IMG/VR virus record: IMGVR_UViG_3300027711_000006 | Coordinates: 1 to 40,301 of that record | Strand: one strand, 5' to 3' | Source: a virus | Lineage: Duplodnaviria; Caudoviricetes | Length of the DNA: 40,301 bases | Part shown: positions 35,436 to 40,301 of the stretch, one piece after another | How the letters are laid out: each line of letters opens with the position of its first letter | Numbering within the stretch: the first letter of the stretch is position 1 | The notes under the pieces: generated by a model | Told to the model about the DNA's origin: nothing | Databases searched by the model: none | The model's input: only the letters and a program-made list of their open reading frames with translations | Made by a program: the position numbers and the translations under genes

Positions 35436-35966
35436 GTGAAATCCCCCCGAACCGCCGCCCTCATTCTCGTAGCCGCCCTTGCCGCCTGCGCACCCACCAC
35501 CGAAACCGAAGACGACCGCTGGACACCACCAGAGCCAGACCGCCCGCCCATCGACCGCCCAGTCGACCTCACCCCACCCAGCCCCTCCGACGAGCCCCAA
35601 ACCACCTTCACGGTCCGAGATGAACTCCTCGGAGACCTCGAAGTCGAGGTCCAAGGACACACGGTCGAAGGAAACGAAGTGATCGTGGAGTGCCAGCTAC
35701 GAGTAGTCGAAGGCGCATCAAGCAACTTCATGTACTCGTCCCTACACGTCGTTGACACGAACGACGGCACCTACGAGCCCGTCAGCGTCAAGGCTCCGGA
35801 GAGAGCGATCGTGCATAGCGTTTACGGAAGCACGATGGTCCGAACCCGGATGGACGAGGTCAACAATGTGGAGTTGACCTACACCATGGACGAGGGCGCG
35901 GAGATCTCGCACCTGGTGTACGACGACTTCGTCCACGGCGCGGAGTACGTCGTAGAGCTGGGCTAG
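35436..35966 (+). CDS. Lipoprotein
   Basis: Signal peptide with LAAC lipobox, Pro-rich linker, beta-rich domain. Confidence 0.8.
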   Translation: MKSPRTAALILVAALAACAPTTETEDDRWTPPEPDRPPIDRPVDLTPPSPSDEPQTTFTVRDELLGDLEVEVQGHTVEGNEVIVECQLRVVEGASSNFMYSSLHVVDTNDGTYEPVSVKAPERAIVHSVYGSTMVRTRMDEVNNVELTYTMDEGAEISHLVYDDFVHGAEYVVELG

Positions 35967-36054
35967 GTGCGACAAAGCGCCCGACCCGCACGGGCGCCCC
36001 CCTTGGCCGCTTCCGGCCACCACCCTCACCCCCGACCGGGGTACACCCACCCTC

Positions 36055-36255
36055 ATGAACAACCACACCACCGGCGCCTGCGACTGCGCCGAAACAGGAT
36101 TCCGTACCTCCTCCCACAGCGGCGCGGCCGGCGAGTGCGTCGAAGTCGCTAACACCCCACGTGGGGCGTGCGTGCGCGACTCCAAACACCCCCACCTCGC
36201 ACACCTGCCAATCAACGCCCGGGAGTGGGAGGCGTTCCTACTCGCCTGCTCCTGA
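36055..36255 (+). CDS. DUF397 family protein
   Basis: FRTSSHSG..GECVEVA...VRDSK.P...WEAFL. Confidence 0.9.
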   Translation: MNNHTTGACDCAETGFRTSSHSGAAGECVEVANTPRGACVRDSKHPHLAHLPINAREWEAFLLACS

Positions 36256-36261
36256 CACACA

Positions 36262-36291
36262 AAGAGGCCCCTCCCGAAGGAGGGGCCTCTT
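36262..36291. terminator. Bidirectional terminator
   Basis: AAGAGGCCCCTCC-CGAA-GGAGGGGCCTCTT between convergent genes. Confidence 0.8.
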
Positions 36292-36312
36292 CGTAGGGAG
36301 GGCACCGCGGAC

Positions 36313-36528
36313 CTACCCGCCCTTGTACGTGTACACCCGCATACCGGTGTCCTTGCCCTCGGCGTCCACGCCCATCTCCAGCTCGTACCGCGCCGGGTCC
36401 TCCAGCGGGGCGTAGGCCACCATCTGCACAGGAGGCAGCCGCCCATCATCCAGCACGGCGATCGGTAGGGTCTGCCCATCGAGCGGGCCTCCGACGAACT
36501 CCACGTGCTTCTCTTCCTTCTCTTCCAC
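36313..36528 (-). CDS. Small protein with VEFVGGPLDG motif
   Basis: AGGAGG RBS; paralog of 25325-25546. Confidence 0.7.
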   Translation of the reverse strand: MEEKEEKHVEFVGGPLDGQTLPIAVLDDGRLPPVQMVAYAPLEDPARYELEMGVDAEGKDTGMRVYTYKGG

Positions 36529-36537
36529 AAGATCCTC

Positions 36538-37008
36538 CTAAGGGGTTGCCGCGCCAGCGGCGATGATCAGCGCGGCCACCAGCAGCCACGCCACATGCCA
36601 GGACTGGTCAAGGGCATAAGCTCCGGTGCCCAGGTGCGGGGCGTCGTCCCGGCCCGGCCGCGGGGACCCGAGCCGGTGAAACTCACCCTTGCCCACCAGG
36701 GAAGCCAAACGGGCCAACGTGGTGCGCCGGTCCGCCCAATAATGAGAGACAGCGTCCACACCCAACCCCACCACAACCGCCACCGGATGCACCACCACCC
36801 CAGCCAACAGCACGACGGGCGCGAGGAACACGACCTTGGTGGCGGTCAACGAACACACATGCCTGACGCACGCCCACCGGCCCACCCACCCCGGGACGCC
36901 CTTACCCGCGGCCTGGCACGAGGACTGCACCCAATGATCCCCCACCTGGTGGCCGACGAACAGGGCCGCGAACACGCCAGCGAACACACCAGGGTCGAGG
37001 ACGCTCAC
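36538..37008 (-). CDS. DUF3307-like membrane protein
   Basis: HQVGDHWVQ, SHYWADRR, ALDQSWH motifs. Confidence 0.8.
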   Translation of the reverse strand: MSVLDPGVFAGVFAALFVGHQVGDHWVQSSCQAAGKGVPGWVGRWACVRHVCSLTATKVVFLAPVVLLAGVVVHPVAVVVGLGVDAVSHYWADRRTTLARLASLVGKGEFHRLGSPRPGRDDAPHLGTGAYALDQSWHVAWLLVAALIIAAGAATP

Positions 37009-37163
37009 CGGTTGTCCCCCTGCCCGAACCGGACCCCACCGGAGATGGTGCCAGCCTGGACGGTGCACGACCCGGACCGGATCTCGCCGGTGCCGTCCTC
37101 GTAAGTGATGGTGGTGACTCCGTCGACGGTTTCGATGGACTGGATGGGCTTGTCGTCGGCCAT
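37005..37163 (-). CDS. 52-aa protein
   Basis: GAAGGAG RBS; MADDKPIQ...VQAGTISGGV; GTGA overlap with DUF3307 gene. Confidence 0.65.
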   Translation of the reverse strand: MADDKPIQSIETVDGVTTITYEDGTGEIRSGSCTVQAGTISGGVRFGQGDNR

Positions 37164-37266
37164 GGGGGCTCCTTCTGATCGGTTGGTTTCATGGTCTCCG
37201 CCGACGACGGTGGGGAGTGTTCACTTTTGAACGTTGCTGGCGTGACCTAGGGCACTTCCCCCAAAC

Positions 37267-37295
37267 GAAGAAAGCCCCTCCCAAAAGGGAGGGGC
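37267..37295 (-). terminator. Intrinsic terminator
   Basis: GCCCCTCCC-N4-GGGAGGGGC followed on the minus strand by TTTCTTC. Confidence 0.7.
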
Positions 37296-37310
37296 CTCAC
37301 ACGTTCGTGC

Positions 37311-37619
37311 TCACACATGGAACTCCGGCAGCGGCTCAGGCCCCACGTACTGCTGGCACCGGCAGTCCCGCGGCGACTCGCCCTCCACGGTGACCTCAGC
37401 CGAGCACGCACCACCACCGGCCTCAGTACGGGAGTGGAACGCCAACCCGTGCCCGCACTGGCACACCGCCGGCGGATTGAGACGGTCGCGCTTAGCCTGC
37501 TCCAGCGCGGCCTTACGGTCCATTCGAGAAGTGTGAAAGTCGCGGATCTGATCCCAATTGAGAAGGACCACCAGGGCTAGCAGCCCGATGATCCCCGTGA
37601 CGGCGCTAAGGGGGTCCAT
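37311..37619 (-). CDS. Membrane-anchored protein with CxCGH...C...CxC motif, leaderless
   Basis: N-terminal TM; TACCAT-N6-ATG. Confidence 0.75.
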   Translation of the reverse strand: MDPLSAVTGIIGLLALVVLLNWDQIRDFHTSRMDRKAALEQAKRDRLNPPAVCQCGHGLAFHSRTEAGGGACSAEVTVEGESPRDCRCQQYVGPEPLPEFHV

Positions 37620-37659
37620 GCATCAATGGTAAACGGCACCTGCGTCTTTCACACGGTTC

Positions 37660-38412
37660 TCACGCCAGCGAGGACGCGGAAAGGTGCGCCGCCATCACCA
37701 CCACGGACCCGACCGCCGACGTCCACTTGATGCCCGTCTCCACCGGGCTCTTGCCGGTGTGGAACGCGACCGGACTGCGGAACATCCACCACCTTTTCCC
37801 GCGGTGCACCACCGGCCACGCGAGGGGTACACCCGACCGGGTCAACCAGTCTCCGAGGATGTGCGTCAACGACCCCACCGCCACCGTGACCCCGATCAGC
37901 CACGGAGCACCACCATCGGCGGTCACCGCACCCAACGCCGCCAACCCAGCCGCGACCAACGCCCCGAGTTTCCGGTGACGCAGCGGCCCCAGCACCTTCA
38001 ACGACCGGGCCACCGCCCCCACCCCGAGCGCGGACATCGCGAACACCACCAGGCCCACACCCAACGGTGCGACCGCTGACAGCCCCCACGCCACCAACCC
38101 GAACACCACCACCGCGGGCAGGGTGTGGGTGAGGTGCCGGTGCCCGCCGTCCTTCCCGGCACGCAACTCGTACTCGGTACCCGTCGCCGCGTAGACGGTG
38201 CTGGACGCCCCCCTCAGGAGCCGCGACACACCCTCCGTCGCCACCCCAAGAGACCGGCCAACCGTGGACCCCGGCTCGTCCAAATCGGGCAGGAGCGCGG
38301 CGCCCGCACCCACCGCGGCGCAGATGAGCGGATCAGCGACATGCGACCCGAGCAACACACCAACCGCCGCCCCGGCCAACAACCCGGTCGCGGCATGCGA
38401 AGAACCCATCAT
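37660..38412 (-). CDS. YdjM-like (DUF457) metal-dependent membrane hydrolase
   Basis: MGSSH, LPDLD, HRHLTH, THILGD, GVPLAWP. Confidence 0.85.
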   Translation of the reverse strand: MMGSSHAATGLLAGAAVGVLLGSHVADPLICAAVGAGAALLPDLDEPGSTVGRSLGVATEGVSRLLRGASSTVYAATGTEYELRAGKDGGHRHLTHTLPAVVVFGLVAWGLSAVAPLGVGLVVFAMSALGVGAVARSLKVLGPLRHRKLGALVAAGLAALGAVTADGGAPWLIGVTVAVGSLTHILGDWLTRSGVPLAWPVVHRGKRWWMFRSPVAFHTGKSPVETGIKWTSAVGSVVVMAAHLSASSLA

Positions 38413-38552
38413 CAGAAACTCCAAGGGGGGAGGGAAAGGGGGAGAGGACCACCAGGACCTCTCGGACAACAAGAGCGCCCCCACAGGGGAGGCACCAGAG
38501 GGGGCGGGAAGGGGGCACCCGCAGGTCAACACGGGTGCCCCCTGGGGCGCTG

Positions 38553-39995
38553 CTACTTCTTGCTGTTACCGATCGGCAGGTCGTAGCCGAGTTCAGCGAG
38601 CTTGTCCTTCCAGTGGCGGATCGTCCGCGCATCGCGCTCGAACTCGCGGGCCGCGCCGCGGACCGTGGGCTCCTTCGCCGTGTGCACGTACTTCACCAGC
38701 GCCTGGTGGTGCGCAGGCAGGTCCTCGAAGGGCACCGACGCGCCCTCGGGCGTCAGCGCCTTCACATCCAACGGGCGCGTGAAACCAAACCCCACACCAC
38801 CAAAATCAGCCTTCGGCCCCGCAACCGACGCGGTCACCTCAGCCACGAACTCGCCCTCCGAACCCGACTCCACAGCCAGGAACGACGGCATGTCCCCACG
38901 CATCGCCTGAAGCTTGTGGTTCAACCGGATCTGCTGAGCCCACACCTTCGCGGCCTCCTCGTCCTCAGCGCGCTTCTGCTCACCGATACGCTCGATCTCC
39001 GCCAGCGCCTCCAGGTGCTCCGCCTGGGACTTGGCCAGCTTCTTCTTCAACCTGGCCGCAGCAATCCGCTCCTCATACAGGGCGTCACGCTCCAACTGGG
39101 CGATCTCCGCCAGGCGCTCGTGCTCCAGGTCGGTGGACAGCTCCGCGGCCCTGCGAGCCTCCTCCGCCTCACGCTCAGCGCGCGCCTCCTCGTCTGCCTC
39201 CGCCTTGCGTCGGGCCTCCTCCTCATCCGCCTCCCTCTTGCGGCGCTCCGCCTCCTTGCGGGAGGCGACCAGGGCGGCCTGCTGGCGGCGGATGGTGACC
39301 AGCAGCCCCCACAACGCCTTAGAGATCAACGGCGTCGCGGCGAACACCAGCGCACCCGACAGGCCGACGTGCACCGTGATCGCCACCGCCGCCGCCGTCG
39401 ACGCCACCCACCCCAGCACGGACGCCTGCCGGGACACCGACGGCACCAACAACGCGACCAGCACAGCGCCGACCATCGCCACGTCGAACAGAACGCCCAA
39501 CGGCAACGCCACTGCCAGGGGAACGGGCAGGAGATGCGCGACCGACCAAGCGGCCCACGGCAAAGCGAGAAGGGTCGGCACCGCGGCGATACCGATGAGC
39601 GCCTTCGTGACCCAGGCGGGCGCCTCCTCCATGGGGGCGTCAGGGAGGGCCGGGGCCTCCGGGGCGGGAGGCGTGGGCGCCTCCCGTGTGGGGGCGGGCT
39701 CCTCCACGGCCTCCGGGGCGGTCGCCTCCTCCCGCTGCGGTTCCGCCTCCACGGGCGCCTCGTTCGCCTCCGCAGGGGGAGGCGTGGGGGAGGCGGTGGT
39801 GCGCTTCATGAGGAGGCGGCGGACGTGACCAGCAACAACGCCGATGTGCCCGTCACGGTGTAGCCAGCGAATACCCCACATGACGGCCACGGCGACAACC
39901 GCCACAGCAGCACCCCGCAAGAACCAGGGGTAAAGGGATACGACGACGCCCCAAGCGGCGCCGATGAAGTCTCGGTCTAGGAAGTCTGCGAACAT
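38553..39995 (-). CDS. Spd/DUF2637-like membrane protein with coiled coil and C-terminal HTH
   Basis: TM cluster with FD motif, charged coiled coil, TVRGAAREFERDARTIRHW; GAAGGG RBS. Confidence 0.6.
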   Translation of the reverse strand: MFADFLDRDFIGAAWGVVVSLYPWFLRGAAVAVVAVAVMWGIRWLHRDGHIGVVAGHVRRLLMKRTTASPTPPPAEANEAPVEAEPQREEATAPEAVEEPAPTREAPTPPAPEAPALPDAPMEEAPAWVTKALIGIAAVPTLLALPWAAWSVAHLLPVPLAVALPLGVLFDVAMVGAVLVALLVPSVSRQASVLGWVASTAAAVAITVHVGLSGALVFAATPLISKALWGLLVTIRRQQAALVASRKEAERRKREADEEEARRKAEADEEARAEREAEEARRAAELSTDLEHERLAEIAQLERDALYEERIAAARLKKKLAKSQAEHLEALAEIERIGEQKRAEDEEAAKVWAQQIRLNHKLQAMRGDMPSFLAVESGSEGEFVAEVTASVAGPKADFGGVGFGFTRPLDVKALTPEGASVPFEDLPAHHQALVKYVHTAKEPTVRGAAREFERDARTIRHWKDKLAELGYDLPIGNSKK

Positions 39996-40062
39996 GGTGT
40001 TGCCCTTCTGGGGTGGGTGGTCCGCCTCGGTTCCGCCAAGATCCTTGGGGCGGGCCACTCTT

Positions 40063-40245
40063 CTACTTCTCGGAGTTGTCTAGAGCCTTCTGCGCCCGGT
40101 CGAACCATTCGACCGACACGAGCACCGCGATGGGCTTTTGGTACCTGTGGATTGCTGTGTTGACTCCCCTGTGGGCGTCGTCGAGCAGGTCGCGGAAGTG
40201 CTCTCGGGCCCATCCGCTCTGCACGACTCGTGGGTTTTCTGCCAT
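40063..40245 (-). CDS. Phd/YefM-family antitoxin-like protein, leaderless
   Basis: AREHFRDLLDDA...TAIHRYQKPIAVLVSVE; TGC-TAGACT-N6-ATG. Confidence 0.82.
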   Translation of the reverse strand: MAENPRVVQSGWAREHFRDLLDDAHRGVNTAIHRYQKPIAVLVSVEWFDRAQKALDNSEK

Positions 40246-40267
40246 GGTCGAAGTCTAGCAAATTGTT

Positions 40268-40289
40268 GTACATCTTGGCCATGATGTAC
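40268..40289. promoter_or_regulatory. Palindromic operator upstream of Phd-like gene
   Basis: GTACATCTTGGCCATGATGTAC, palindrome with one mismatched pair. Confidence 0.65.
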
Positions 40290-40301
40290 GTAAAGTGAAA
40301 G

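Noticed and set aside
38420-38520. Purine-rich G-run tract as G-quadruplex or transfer (clt) site
   Set aside because: No regular 8-mer repeats; G-runs are common at this GC content.
1-40301. tRNA, rRNA, IS, DGR or retron elements
   Set aside because: No cloverleaf, transposase or reverse transcriptase motifs recognised by eye.

Overview
GC-rich actinobacterial siphovirus (HK97-type head, long non-contractile tail). The gene content suggests a filamentous actinomycete host such as Nocardiopsaceae or Streptomyces (inference). 1-21.9 kb holds packaging, head, tail and lysis genes. 21.9-25.2 kb is a late cassette of kinase, SAM methyltransferase and two glycosyltransferases. 25.3-26.3 kb contains a cas-less type I-E CRISPR mini-array (two repeats, an unusually short 21-22 nt spacer) downstream of small Cys-rich ORFs and a structured RNA stretch. 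26.3-32.8 kb holds an XRE module, a leftward small-gene operon and an HTH switch with twin operators, followed by a second, solitary I-E-like repeat. 33-36.3 kb holds a replication initiator with internal iterons and a candidate leader-peptide/antisense control, plus GIY-YIG, lipoprotein and DUF397 genes. 36.3-40.3 kb holds plasmid/AICE-like genes (DUF3307, YdjM-like hydrolase, Spd-like membrane protein, orphan Phd). No integrase or cas gene is visible. All family calls come from motif recognition by eye, not database searches.
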